Source of the DNA: a bacterium
GTDB taxonomy: Bacteria > Patescibacteriota > Minisyncoccia > Phycocordibacterales > UBA6899
Length of the DNA: 64,000 nucleotides
Direction of reading: 5' to 3'
NCBI GenBank assembly: GCA_043756865.1
Contig: JAYUQG010000024.1
Location: 91,259-155,258 of the forward strand
This document shows, one piece after another, positions 38,615-48,174 of the stretch (position 1 is its first letter; each line of letters begins with the position of its first letter). The notes below the pieces were generated by a model, which ran no database searches, was not told the DNA's origin, and worked only from the letters and a program-made list of their open reading frames with translations. The position numbers and the translations under genes are program-made.

Positions 38615-39321
38615 AAATTATGACAGGAATATTTTTTTCACATCCACATACACTTTCAGATCAAGTAGGTAAAATCTTGGAAAGAGTTGGTCCTCAGAAA
38701 TTCTTTTCAAGTTCTGACAAAGAAGTGAAGAAAGCACAAGAAGGATTCGCGGCATATTTCTTCACTCTTACTTTAAAGAAATACACAGGAAGAGACTGGT
38801 GGTTAGCTCAATACGATCAAGCGGCTCGGTCTTATCCAGATTTTAATTTTATATCATTCGCCGAAAATCCTGGCGATATAAAGATGGAACCAGTAGAACT
38901 AACTGGTATTTATCCTCATTTCAAAACTTTTGATGAGGCCTTAAGAGTTGTTGAAAATAAAAAGAAGAAATATGGATCTGAGCCAGTGAATTTTAGTCTG
39001 CTGGTATTTGTTAATCACGAAAAAAGCGAAGAGTGGATTAATCTGCTAAGGGAGAAAGTGAGTAGCGAGCATCCATTCCTAAGTATTTGGACTATACACT
39101 TGAGATTCAAGAAGGGTGGAAAGGAAGTTGGTAAGTCGGTCGCCCAAAGCATACCCCCCTTGCCATGGCTGAGGATTGAAGCAGATACTGATGATTCAGA
39201 AGTGCACAAGCGCCAGCCGCTCCCATCCTATATGGAAGAGCATCATGAAGGAAGGAATACTTACGTCACATTCAAACCCGAGTTTCTTGATAAGATCAGG
39301 TCGTTGCAAAAAAGTGCCTAG
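38611..39321 (+). CDS. Hypothetical protein; its start overlaps the previous gene (ATGA)
   Basis: 236 aa with no motif recognised. 4-nt overlap with the upstream gene suggests an operon. Confidence 0.45.
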   Translation: MKIMTGIFFSHPHTLSDQVGKILERVGPQKFFSSSDKEVKKAQEGFAAYFFTLTLKKYTGRDWWLAQYDQAARSYPDFNFISFAENPGDIKMEPVELTGIYPHFKTFDEALRVVENKKKKYGSEPVNFSLLVFVNHEKSEEWINLLREKVSSEHPFLSIWTIHLRFKKGGKEVGKSVAQSIPPLPWLRIEADTDDSEVHKRQPLPSYMEEHHEGRNTYVTFKPEFLDKIRSLQKSA

Positions 39322-39628
39322 TTTGTTGGTGCTGTAAGAATATCCCCGAATGGCTTCACTGTACGGTATTTGTTGTAAATGAGGCAGAGACAGAGACGGG
39401 TGTTTTGTGTCTTATCTGTAGCATTCACAAAATGACCCCAGTGACCGAGACGCCTAGTTACAAGAGTAGAAGGGGTGGTAAGATATCCGTATAAGGTCTT
39501 GCCCTACATGTTTGAGACCGAGATAGTCAGCTATCAACAATAGGTTCGGCTGACCGAGTGCTATCAGAACTGGAAATTTAAAGATTCACTCAATTCCATC
39601 CCGACATACCGGCTGAGTGCCGTATCTA

Positions 39629-39667
39629 GAAACTCAAAGTCGCTCAATGGGCGACTTTGAGTTTGAG
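39629..39667 (+). other. Strong 13-bp hairpin in a 600-bp noncoding stretch
   Basis: aactcaaagtcgctcaatgggcgactttgagtt. Confidence 0.5.
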
Positions 39668-39806
39668 TTGTAGAATAGGTCTGTAATCTATAGGATATAC
39701 AAATGTCAGTCAAACTCATTCTGAAGAGATAGTCCGCTTCTTGAAAACCACAGAGCCGGAAGCCATTTGTATTAGGGGTGAATAGGGTGTCAGATTTGCA
39801 ACTTTC

Positions 39807-39821
39807 GGTTCGAATCCCTGA
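39807..39821 (+). repeat. tRNA T-arm-like fragment (ggttcgaatccctga); possible degenerate right att boundary
   Basis: 15 of 16 identity to the tRNA-Gln T-arm/acceptor junction ggttcgagtccctga. Confidence 0.4.
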
Positions 39822-39933
39822 AGCATTACCTCCACGGAATTGCACTGTACTTTCACCTTTTTTTATATTGCCTTGCGTTTTGTGCAGATATTGATAGTTT
39901 GAGCAGTATTATTTATCAACGCACGGCTTCTTT

Positions 39934-42681
39934 ATGCGTAAACTCGTCACCGTCTTATTCCTCGCCCTCACGCTTTTAGCTATCTCTCTGCCCACTGCGT
40001 TTGCAGCCTTCCCTGTTTTTCCTCCGACACTCAATAAAAGTCCCGACGCTGGGTATGCGGATGATTCAGTGAGCAGTGGAGTGGTGCCGAACATTGGTAC
40101 AACGAGTGCTACAGTCTTCACCTTTAAGGTGCTGTATGCACAGTCACAGAATCGTGAGCCATGGGACATTAATCTTGTTGTCACTGATGGAACAACCACT
40201 GCAATTCATGCGATGAATCATGATGTGGGTGCGAATGATCCAATATTACGCGATGGGAATTATGCGAATGGGGAACAGTACATCTTCGCTGCAACGCTCA
40301 CTCCAGGCATGTGGCAATACCACTTTGAAAGCGATTTCGGCGCACAACTTCCGGGAGCGGGGGAGTGGGATTTCACAGTGAGTGTCGATACGACTCCTTC
40401 GAAGTGTGGGGTGGATTGTTACTCAAATGTGCTTTTCCTGCCTGGACTTGAGGCGAGCAGATTATTTTGGACAGATCCAAATTGCATTTTCCTCAATTGC
40501 GAAAACCAACTATGGCTTGCCAATAGTGATACAGATGCAAAACAACTCTACCTTAATTCAAACGGCACAAGCATATTGAATGACATTTATACGAGTGTTG
40601 AACGAGGTGCGATCGACGAGGCGGCGATTCCTGTGGCGGGCACAAATATATATAAAACTTTTCTCAATAGTCTCAGTGAATGGAAGAATGAAGAGCATCT
40701 TATTGCCGACTACGCAGTAGCACCGTATGACTGGAGATTGTCAGTTGATGATGTGCTCACGAAGGGAATAAAAAACGGAGACAATATTTATTATGGTGGC
40801 GCGAGCGGGACATATATTCTTGATGAACTTTTACGCATGGCGTCCACGTCGAAAACGCAAAAAGTTACAATTGTTGCGCACTCAAATGGTGGATTAGTTG
40901 CAAAACAGTTAATGCTGAAGCTCCGCGAGCTAGGCAAGGAGGACTTGATTGACAGGCTCATTCTCGTCGCTGTTCCACAGGTTGGAACACCAAAGGCAGT
41001 CGGTGGACTACTTCACGGAACAGATCTTGGTCTCCCGTTCATTCTTGATGAGGAGCACGCTCGAACTCTTGGCGAGAATATGCCGAGTGCCTATGCATTG
41101 ATGCCATCTCAGAAATATTTCGAGACCATCAATCCGAATTCAATTACAAACAAACTCATTTCATTTACCGACTCACCGCTGTATGCGCCAGAGAGATCAC
41201 AGTACGGATTTTTGGTGAGCAACATGACGGAGCTTCGGGGCTATCTACTCGGCAGTGAAGGACGAACAGAGCCTGCCGATTCTGATCTCGATTCACCAAA
41301 TGTGCTGAAGTTCGAACTTCTCGATCAAGCATCATCAACCCATGCGCTACTCGATGAATGGCAACCTGCGAGTACGACCGAAGTGGTGCAAATTGGGGGA
41401 TGGGGAGAGAAAACCATATCCGGAGTCAGCTATTACACGGAACAACAACGTGATTGTGTGACTGTGCAGGGTCAGTTTGGCGCTAGTCACCAAGAGTGCG
41501 GTCCGTATTATGAGGTGAAAAAATACAAACCCAATTTTACGACAGAGGGCGATGGTACGGTGGTTGTTCCGAGTGCGCTTTGGATAGCGACAAGCACTTC
41601 GCAGGTTGAGAGGTATTGGGTGGATTTGAAAAAATACAATGATGAGAACATCGATAAAGACCACGCGAAAATACTGGAAGTGAGCACTCTCCTCGACTTC
41701 ATTAAGACCAAACTCACTAATGTGACGTCCTCACTCCCGAACTACATAGTAAACTCCGCATCGACGCTGAGCGACGCTCCAGACATAAAGTTTGTCTATA
41801 CACTCCACTCGCCGCTTTCGCTCAATCTCTACGACACTTTAGGAAATCATACGGGAATATCTACCACAACAGGTTACGTGGAGCAAAATATCTCAGGGTC
41901 TCGCTACGGCACATTCGGCGAAGTGAAGTATATTATTGCAAATGCCGATGTCGCTCAACATCTTGCGCTTCAGGGGTATGCGACAGGAACGTTCAGTTTG
42001 GATGTTGAAAAAGTACGTGGAGATATAATTCTCGCGAGCACCACCTTTGCTTCGGTGCCCGTATCTCCAAACACCATTGCGACATTCTCGCTTCCTGCAA
42101 ATGGTGACTTCTCATCTTCGACACCATTACGGGTTGACGTTGATGGAAATGGGGCAAATGATATCGTGCTCGTACCAGAGATTGGAGCAACTGTATATCC
42201 AGACTTCACTCCACCCGAAGCGATATTCTCATTTAATGCAATTACTAAAGATGTTGTGATTTTGGGGGAAGATAACGTTGGGACAACCTCAACACTAATC
42301 ACACCAACGTCGACCACCATCACTGACCAGTCGGGAAATACACTCAGCATCCCATTCATCAAGTTCAAAGAGAAGCCAACTAAATTAAAAATTGCATTCG
42401 ATACGTTAATTTATAACGGAGTAGCGACCGCAACACCATGGGTGACTATTGAGTATGAATGGGTGATTAAGAATAACGGCATGCTCCAGTCACTTTCACA
42501 GGATATTCGCATCAAGGGTGCGCGCCGTGTGACTGCAGACTATTCTTTGAGCAAGGGTGAAACCAAGATTATGGACAGAATCAGGGAGGATGGGGAAAAG
42601 AGTGTCACAAAAACTGTAAAAACGGGTGTAACCGTGCTTCCGCTGTCGACAAAAGCAGGAGCACTCGACGTGACGTATTGA
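39934..42681 (+). CDS. Large secreted alpha/beta-hydrolase (lipase/esterase GxSxG) protein with a long beta-rich C-terminal region
   Basis: Signal peptide MRKLVTVLFLALTLLAISLPTAFA. Nucleophile elbow VTIVAHSNGGLVAKQ. 915 aa. C-terminal about 400 aa rich in T/S/G/V repeats. Confidence 0.6.
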   Translation: MRKLVTVLFLALTLLAISLPTAFAAFPVFPPTLNKSPDAGYADDSVSSGVVPNIGTTSATVFTFKVLYAQSQNREPWDINLVVTDGTTTAIHAMNHDVGANDPILRDGNYANGEQYIFAATLTPGMWQYHFESDFGAQLPGAGEWDFTVSVDTTPSKCGVDCYSNVLFLPGLEASRLFWTDPNCIFLNCENQLWLANSDTDAKQLYLNSNGTSILNDIYTSVERGAIDEAAIPVAGTNIYKTFLNSLSEWKNEEHLIADYAVAPYDWRLSVDDVLTKGIKNGDNIYYGGASGTYILDELLRMASTSKTQKVTIVAHSNGGLVAKQLMLKLRELGKEDLIDRLILVAVPQVGTPKAVGGLLHGTDLGLPFILDEEHARTLGENMPSAYALMPSQKYFETINPNSITNKLISFTDSPLYAPERSQYGFLVSNMTELRGYLLGSEGRTEPADSDLDSPNVLKFELLDQASSTHALLDEWQPASTTEVVQIGGWGEKTISGVSYYTEQQRDCVTVQGQFGASHQECGPYYEVKKYKPNFTTEGDGTVVVPSALWIATSTSQVERYWVDLKKYNDENIDKDHAKILEVSTLLDFIKTKLTNVTSSLPNYIVNSASTLSDAPDIKFVYTLHSPLSLNLYDTLGNHTGISTTTGYVEQNISGSRYGTFGEVKYIIANADVAQHLALQGYATGTFSLDVEKVRGDIILASTTFASVPVSPNTIATFSLPANGDFSSSTPLRVDVDGNGANDIVLVPEIGATVYPDFTPPEAIFSFNAITKDVVILGEDNVGTTSTLITPTSTTITDQSGNTLSIPFIKFKEKPTKLKIAFDTLIYNGVATATPWVTIEYEWVIKNNGMLQSLSQDIRIKGARRVTADYSLSKGETKIMDRIREDGEKSVTKTVKTGVTVLPLSTKAGALDVTY

Positions 42682-42709
42682 TTTAGGATTTGAGGTATAA
42701 TTAAAATGT

Positions 42710-43090
42710 ATGGAGATATTGCAAAAATCTAGTTTTAAGTTTTTCTTGACGACAGCCGTCTTGTTGGCTGCAGTCTTTTTGGTCGGAATTTTTACTGGCG
42801 CACACCTCATGAACTTAGATGGCACCCTCCAAACAGTGGGGTCTGTACTACTTTCCCTCTTCGTGTGTTCTTTTTTTGCGTTATTTGTGAAGCCAGAAGT
42901 ATTTAAGTCATGGCTACACTATATGTATTGGTGGATTGTTCCACTACTCTTCGCATACAGTCTCACATTAAGTCGTGGGGGCGGGTTCAGTGGCATTAAT
43001 CCTTGGGAACCCCTGTTTCCAATTTTTCTCTTTTTGTTTGTCCTCTCGACTCCGATTTATCTCTATATCAAATCTAAAAGGCTGAAATAG
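42710..43090 (+). CDS. Hypothetical membrane protein
   Basis: 126 aa with four TM helices. Confidence 0.45.
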   Translation: MEILQKSSFKFFLTTAVLLAAVFLVGIFTGAHLMNLDGTLQTVGSVLLSLFVCSFFALFVKPEVFKSWLHYMYWWIVPLLFAYSLTLSRGGGFSGINPWEPLFPIFLFLFVLSTPIYLYIKSKRLK

Positions 43091-43149
43091 TGCGGAAAGA
43101 AATTAATAAAAAACGGCTTTATTACGAGGTCGTTTTGGAAAGAGGAGAT

Positions 43150-43320
43150 TTTAATCCCTCAATTCCCCTCAGCTTGCTGGGGGGTATCCGCTAAGGAAGA
43201 GTTTGAGAAACCGCTGGTTTCTCAAGATGATTCAGAGCGGAGCTCCTATGATACCCCGCCGATACGGAGCGGTAGCGGAGTGAGGGTAGCAGCTTGCTGC
43301 GGGGAGCTTCATTATTCTCA
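43150..43320 (+). other. Structured GC-rich noncoding region (candidate ncRNA or 5' leader) upstream of the collagen-like gene
   Basis: Hairpins cccctcagcttgctgggggg, ttgagaaaccgctggtttctcaa and gcagcttgctgc. The motif cagcttgctg occurs twice. No ORF of 60 aa or more in any frame. Confidence 0.35.
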
Positions 43321-43423
43321 GCGATCATCGTCTCGGGCTGTGTGTATTTTCTCGTGAGGAAGTAGGGAAAGGCCTATTATAAAAAGACGTGCACGTTTTT
43401 CCTCCCTTTCCTCTATACTCGAT

Positions 43424-44034
43424 ATGTCCCAACCCCCCTATCTTGCACCAACAGAAAATGGGTGTAAGTTTACTCATGCGATAAAAAAGAAATTCTCGCT
43501 TGCCTCTGGAGCACTCATGATTCTCGGTGGGTTATTCACTGCAGAGGGTTGCCATAGCGGCGGGTGGTTCGCCGTTTGACCGACTTGCGGCTGCACTCGG
43601 AGAGCTGCGGAGAGACCTCTCCAGCCTCGAAGTGTGCATTAACAACTTGGTACTTGTACCCGGTCCGCAGGGACCTCGAGGTATTCAGGGAGAGGTTGGA
43701 CCGCAGGGTTTACAGGGTGCTCCTGGTACACAGGGAGCGGTCGGTCGACTGATTACTTACCGTGTGACCTTACCATTCGCCGACATCGCGCTTAATTCTT
43801 CGGCTGCTGCAATCGCAAGGTGCGAACGCGGTGACCAGATACTCTGGTGGGTACTTCCTTCAGGGCTCGACTACTCAGATAGTGGACACAAGGCCTGACT
43901 ATATGGATTGGAACGGAACAAGTTTCGTCGAAGGATGGAAAGTCGTAGGTAGCAATACGAATCCTCCGGCAGGAATTCCCTCAAGCATCGGACTCATTGC
44001 CGCATACGCGCTGTGTAATGACGCCACGCCGTAG
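43424..44034 (+). pseudogene. Collagen-like (Gly-X-Y) repeat protein gene split across three reading frames (frameshifted pseudogene or sequencing errors)
   Basis: Frame a, 43424-43576, has signal-peptide-like MSQ..KKKFSLASGALMILGGLFTAEGC. Frame b, 43527-43898, carries GPQGPRGIQGEVGPQGLQGAPGTQGAVG. Frame c, 43831-44034, is a C-terminal domain. The three frames run consecutively and overlap. Confidence 0.5.
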
Positions 44035-44178
44035 TCTTGCTCGTTTATCAAAAAAACCGCTACTTGGCGTTGCCGCTCGAAGACTCACTTTTTTTGCGCG
44101 CTTTGCGCGGTAGATACAAAAAGCCATCACGTGGTTTTTTGGTAACACGGTCTCTATGTATTTTGCTAGAATACATTA

Positions 44179-44529
44179 ATGGAAAAACACCGTATCTACA
44201 CAATGAGCTTTGCTAGTGTTTATCCATTGTATGTCGCCAAGGCAGAGAAAAAGGGGCGTACGAAAAAAGAGGTGGATGAGGTCATCCGTTGGCTGACGAG
44301 GTACAGCCAGAAAGAATTGGGCACGCAACTGAAAAAACAAACAGACTTCGAGACGTTTTTTGGTGAGGCACCCGAAATGAATCCTGCGCGAGCATTAATT
44401 ACCGGTGTTATTTGTGGTGTGCGATTAGAAGATATTGAGGAAGCGCTTATGCGCGAAATCCGTTATCTGGATAAACTTATCGACGAGCTGGCTAAGGGGC
44501 GTACGATGGAGAGGATTTTGCGAAAGTAA
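44179..44529 (+). CDS. DUF2200 family protein
   Basis: [73 protein letters not shown] matches the DUF2200 pattern. Confidence 0.65.
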   Translation: MEKHRIYTMSFASVYPLYVAKAEKKGRTKKEVDEVIRWLTRYSQKELGTQLKKQTDFETFFGEAPEMNPARALITGVICGVRLEDIEEALMREIRYLDKLIDELAKGRTMERILRK

Positions 44530-44577
44530 CACATCATCAGATGATGGAGTCACCAAGCTAAATGTTACAATTCCAAT

Positions 44578-44967
44578 ATGACAAAAAATAAAACAAAGTA
44601 TGTCGACGGGTTCGTGCTTATTGTTCCTCAAAAAAATGTAGCAGCTTACAAAAAAATGGCACAGAGTGCAGGGAAAATGTGGATGCGCTGTGGCGCTCTT
44701 GAGTACGTGGAATGTATGGGAGACGACATGTATCCACCATCCATGGGCATGCAGTCACTCACTTTTCCTAAATTGGCAAACGCGAAAAAGGGCGAGACGG
44801 TGTGGTTCTCCTACATTACGTACAAGTCTCGTGCGCATCGTGATCAGGTGAACAAAAAAGTATACGCAGAAATGAATAAAGTTGCTGCAAAGTACAAGAA
44901 CATGAAGATGCCCTTTGACATGAAGAAAATGGCATTCGGAGGCTTTAAGGTGATGGTACACAACTAA
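44578..44967 (+). CDS. DUF1428 family protein
   Basis: KYVDGFVLIVPQKNVAAYKKMAQSAGKMWMRCGALEYVECMGDD..FPKLA..GETVWFSYITYKSRAHRD..FGGFKVMV matches the DUF1428 pattern. Confidence 0.65.
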   Translation: MTKNKTKYVDGFVLIVPQKNVAAYKKMAQSAGKMWMRCGALEYVECMGDDMYPPSMGMQSLTFPKLANAKKGETVWFSYITYKSRAHRDQVNKKVYAEMNKVAAKYKNMKMPFDMKKMAFGGFKVMVHN

Positions 44968-44972
44968 TCTCT

Positions 44973-45380
44973 ATGCCGAAATCAGTCACAAAGTTACACG
45001 CAGACATCGAAGCATACAACAAGGCACAGTCTCGTGACGACAAAGCGATTTGCGTCATGTTGGCAGAAGAGATAATGCACAATCTTCCCGATGCTGAAAA
45101 TAAAATCTGGCACAGGCATCCTGTATGGTTTCTGGATGGAAATCCTGTTGTGGGGTATAGCAAGCTGAAGGATTCCGTCCGTCTCCTGTTTTGGAGCGGG
45201 CAGTCTTTTGATGAAGCGGGTTTAACGAATGAGGGAAGTTTTAAGGCAGCGGACATGCGCTATACGGAACTGTCACAGATAAACAAAAAAGACCTCAAGC
45301 GCTGGCTAAGGAAATCCGAGGATATTCAATGGGACTACAAAAACATTGTCAAAAGAAAGGGTGTGCTGATTAGATTGTAA
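44973..45380 (+). CDS. Hypothetical protein (DUF1801/YdhG-like?)
   Basis: 135 aa reading ..WHRHPVWFLDGNPVVGYSKLKDSVRLLFWSGQSF..QWDYKNIVKRKG. Family assignment is uncertain. Confidence 0.4.
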   Translation: MPKSVTKLHADIEAYNKAQSRDDKAICVMLAEEIMHNLPDAENKIWHRHPVWFLDGNPVVGYSKLKDSVRLLFWSGQSFDEAGLTNEGSFKAADMRYTELSQINKKDLKRWLRKSEDIQWDYKNIVKRKGVLIRL

Positions 45381-45482
45381 GCAGCGTTGTGGGTGCATAA
45401 TAACTTCAATATTTGCGAGGGAAAAATTTTGACAACCAGCCGTACGTATTCAAGACGGGAATTCTTTTGATATAATTAGTGC

Positions 45483-45830
45483 ATGCCTGATTTCGTCGTG
45501 AATACGTTTATTTCACTCGAGTCCAACGAACTGAGTGGAATTACATTGCTTGCAGCATTGGGGATCGTGTTTGTATTTTTTTGTTATTGGGGGATGCGAC
45601 TACTTCTGCCTTTGTTCCAAACAAATAAGCTACATATTTCAAAAAGACAAAAAATGATTTATGCATGGGGAGTCGTGGGTATTCTTTCACTTATTTTTTT
45701 AGGTATGATCAGAGAAAAGTTCCTTCCTTGGGTAGATAGCGATATCTTTATTTTCACATTCTCAGCAATTATTGTGTCGGGTTGTATCTATTTTTTGTTG
45801 AAGAAGGAGGATAAGACTATGCAAAAGTGA
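45483..45830 (+). CDS. Hypothetical membrane protein
   Basis: 115 aa with three TM helices. Confidence 0.4.
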   Translation: MPDFVVNTFISLESNELSGITLLAALGIVFVFFCYWGMRLLLPLFQTNKLHISKRQKMIYAWGVVGILSLIFLGMIREKFLPWVDSDIFIFTFSAIIVSGCIYFLLKKEDKTMQK

Positions 45831-45980
45831 ACTACTGTTTATTCAACCATTCACTCGTTCTCCCTTACGTTTGCTTTAGCATGCACTACGGGACCACGTA
45901 AGATCTGGGGGTGTCACCATGCCCATTCCGCTTAATGATATATTCTGCTACTCTCATTTCATAAATCTAATTTTATACAC

Positions 45981-46424
45981 ATGGCACGCGTCAGCACTTA
46001 TCTCAATTTCACTCGTTCGACGGAAGAAGCATTCAATTTTTACCAGTCAATCTTTGGAGGTACGTTCACGGGCGGAATCGCACGACTCGGTGATGCGCCT
46101 GCACAAGAGGGCATGCCCCCACTTGCTGATGGAGACAAAAATCTCGTTATGCATGTTGCACTCCCGATTCTCGGCGGTCACGTACTCATGGGCACCGATG
46201 CTCCAGAATCACTGGGATTTAAAGTCAGCTTTGGGAACAATATCTATATTAACCTTGAGCCGGACACTCGTACCCAAACAAAGAAATTGTTTGATGCGTT
46301 GTCGCAAGGAGGTAAAATTGAAATGGAGTTACAGGAAATGTTTTGGGGAGACTACTATGGTTCATGCACGGACAAATATGGGGTGCACTGGATGTTTAAT
46401 TGTAGTACTGCCCTTTCCAAATAA
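45981..46424 (+). CDS. VOC-family protein (PhnB / glyoxalase-bleomycin resistance-like)
   Basis: YLNFTRSTEEAFNFYQSIFGG..MHVALPILGGHVLMGTD..MELQEMFWGDYYGSCTDKYGVHWMF is PhnB-like. Confidence 0.7.
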   Translation: MARVSTYLNFTRSTEEAFNFYQSIFGGTFTGGIARLGDAPAQEGMPPLADGDKNLVMHVALPILGGHVLMGTDAPESLGFKVSFGNNIYINLEPDTRTQTKKLFDALSQGGKIEMELQEMFWGDYYGSCTDKYGVHWMFNCSTALSK

Positions 46425-46603
46425 ACTTAATGAAAAACATGCCACTTTTGCCCCATGCACACCATTCCCGCAAAACCCCTTTTCACCGTAATGCTATTAC
46501 GCCTCAAGGGTTTTTGCGCTTCATGGCAGCGCATGAGACAAAAGTCATCACGTTTGTTCTTGTTAAGTTAATTTAGAAAGAGCAGTAGTAAAACATAACT
46601 CAT

Positions 46604-47011
46604 ATGCCACAAATCACCGTTCACACAAGCGTAAACGCACCGGTGGAAAAAGTTTGGCAATATTACACGGAACCTATGCATGTCACGATGTGGAATAACG
46701 CCTCACCTGATTGGCACTCACCCCACGCAGAGAACGACTTGCGTGTCGGGGGCAACTTTAGCTTCAGAATGGAGGCGATGGACGGCAGTGCGGGATTTGA
46801 TTTTGCGGGGACATACACTGAAATAGTGCCCCTCCAAAAGATTGCATACACTTTTGGTGGCAGAAATGCATCTGTTTTATTTGCAGAACAAGGGGAAAAG
46901 ACCGACGTAACCATTGTGTTTGATGCAGAGTCTGAAAACTCCCTCGTAATGCAGCAAGACGGGTGGCAGGCGATTCTTGATAATTTCAAGAAGCATGTTG
47001 AAGCTGTGTAA
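46604..47011 (+). CDS. SRPBCC-family protein (AHSA1/polyketide cyclase-like)
   Basis: APVEKVWQYYTEP..WN..DLRVGGNFSFRM..FAGTYTEIVPLQKIAYTF. Confidence 0.65.
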   Translation: MPQITVHTSVNAPVEKVWQYYTEPMHVTMWNNASPDWHSPHAENDLRVGGNFSFRMEAMDGSAGFDFAGTYTEIVPLQKIAYTFGGRNASVLFAEQGEKTDVTIVFDAESENSLVMQQDGWQAILDNFKKHVEAV

Positions 47012-47081
47012 CCTGTTCTGTGCGTTGACAGCACCACAAAGCCATCTATCATGAACTGAGATGTCCCCTGAAGGGAAGCGC

Positions 47082-47717
47082 ATGAATACGCCCATTGCTC
47101 CTCGCCGCGACACTCAACCAAAGCGTACGCGCAAACCGCCACTTCGCTATGCGTTTGATCATCTTGCGATCGTGCTCGATGAGCAAACATATAGGGCATT
47201 GCGTCTGCGCCTGCCTATCCCAAAAGCGCGCGTCGCTTACGAAACACCGTATGTCGGAAACGATGCGGACGGCATGGAGACGTTCGTACTTCAGCGCGAT
47301 GACGTACGTATTGCATTTATGGTGGGAAGAGAAAAAGCAGCGGGTGCTGTTTCTCAGATCACACGGTACCAGATACGTTATGGAAATATGAAGCTCCAGC
47401 ACATCGCACTGCGCACAAATAACATCGAGCGCGCCGTGAGGGAATGGGAACGTGACGGACATCGTTTTCTCACCCGTTCCGCAGACGGCAAGCCTGCGAT
47501 ACTCAAGAGTGTAGATGAGCGTGGTGTGGTGTATCAGTGTTTTACCATGCCGATCGCGGACGGTCTGTTTTTTGAACTGAAGGAAGTATGCAAAAAAGAA
47601 CGCACACTTGTCGGCTTTCAGGAATTTCGAGACGACAACATTGAAGGCCTCTGGGGAGCCGTTGAACGCGAAATTCATGACGGCGAAGATCGATTCTGGC
47701 AGTACACTCTTTTTTGA
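47082..47717 (+). CDS. VOC-family (glyoxalase/dioxygenase) protein, two-module
   Basis: AFDHLAIVLDEQTYRAL.. and ..HIALRTNNIERAVREWERDGHRF form two beta-alpha-beta-beta-beta VOC-like modules. Confidence 0.55.
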   Translation: MNTPIAPRRDTQPKRTRKPPLRYAFDHLAIVLDEQTYRALRLRLPIPKARVAYETPYVGNDADGMETFVLQRDDVRIAFMVGREKAAGAVSQITRYQIRYGNMKLQHIALRTNNIERAVREWERDGHRFLTRSADGKPAILKSVDERGVVYQCFTMPIADGLFFELKEVCKKERTLVGFQEFRDDNIEGLWGAVEREIHDGEDRFWQYTLF

Positions 47718-47750
47718 CTCCCTCCCGCCATCTTGCGCACGGCGGGTTTT
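47718..47750 (+). terminator. Rho-independent terminator
   Basis: cccgccatcttgcgcacggcgggtttttta. Confidence 0.75.
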
Positions 47751-47853
47751 TTATACGTTTTTAAAAATCGTATAGGAACGGATTGCATTTGAAGCCCACT
47801 TCAATTGCGCATGCGTGGGCGCACTTGCTATGTAGCTGATAGAATAAGCATAT

Positions 47854-48045
47854 ATGAATCCGAAACTCACATATTTTTCAACCGCGATTATCTTGTCGCT
47901 TTTTATTTTAGTACTCGCAATGTTTGCAGGGTCAGCTTTAAAGGAACCGCAATTATTTTGGCTAGGTACAGTAGCCGTTATTTTTTGTGTTAATCTCGTG
48001 TGCTACATGCTGAGTCGGCGCGCCGCAAAGAAAAAAGCAAAGTGA
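47854..48045 (+). CDS. Small hypothetical membrane protein (63 aa, two TM)
   Basis: Two hydrophobic helices and a Lys-rich C-terminus. Confidence 0.3.
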   Translation: MNPKLTYFSTAIILSLFILVLAMFAGSALKEPQLFWLGTVAVIFCVNLVCYMLSRRAAKKKAK

Positions 48046-48174
48046 CTGCCGCTATTTCCAGCTGTGCACCGCAATTACAGTTTTAATGCACCCACACCAT
48101 CCTCTTTGAGTCTGGGCGCTTTTCATTCAAAACACATCTTGAAGGGGTAACGTGAAGGCATAAACGCAAAACAT

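Noticed and set aside
45919-46491. 190-aa ORF in an alternative frame over the PhnB/VOC gene
   Set aside because: The overlapping frame 45981..46424 gives a clean VOC/PhnB match. This one is Cys/His-rich with no pattern.
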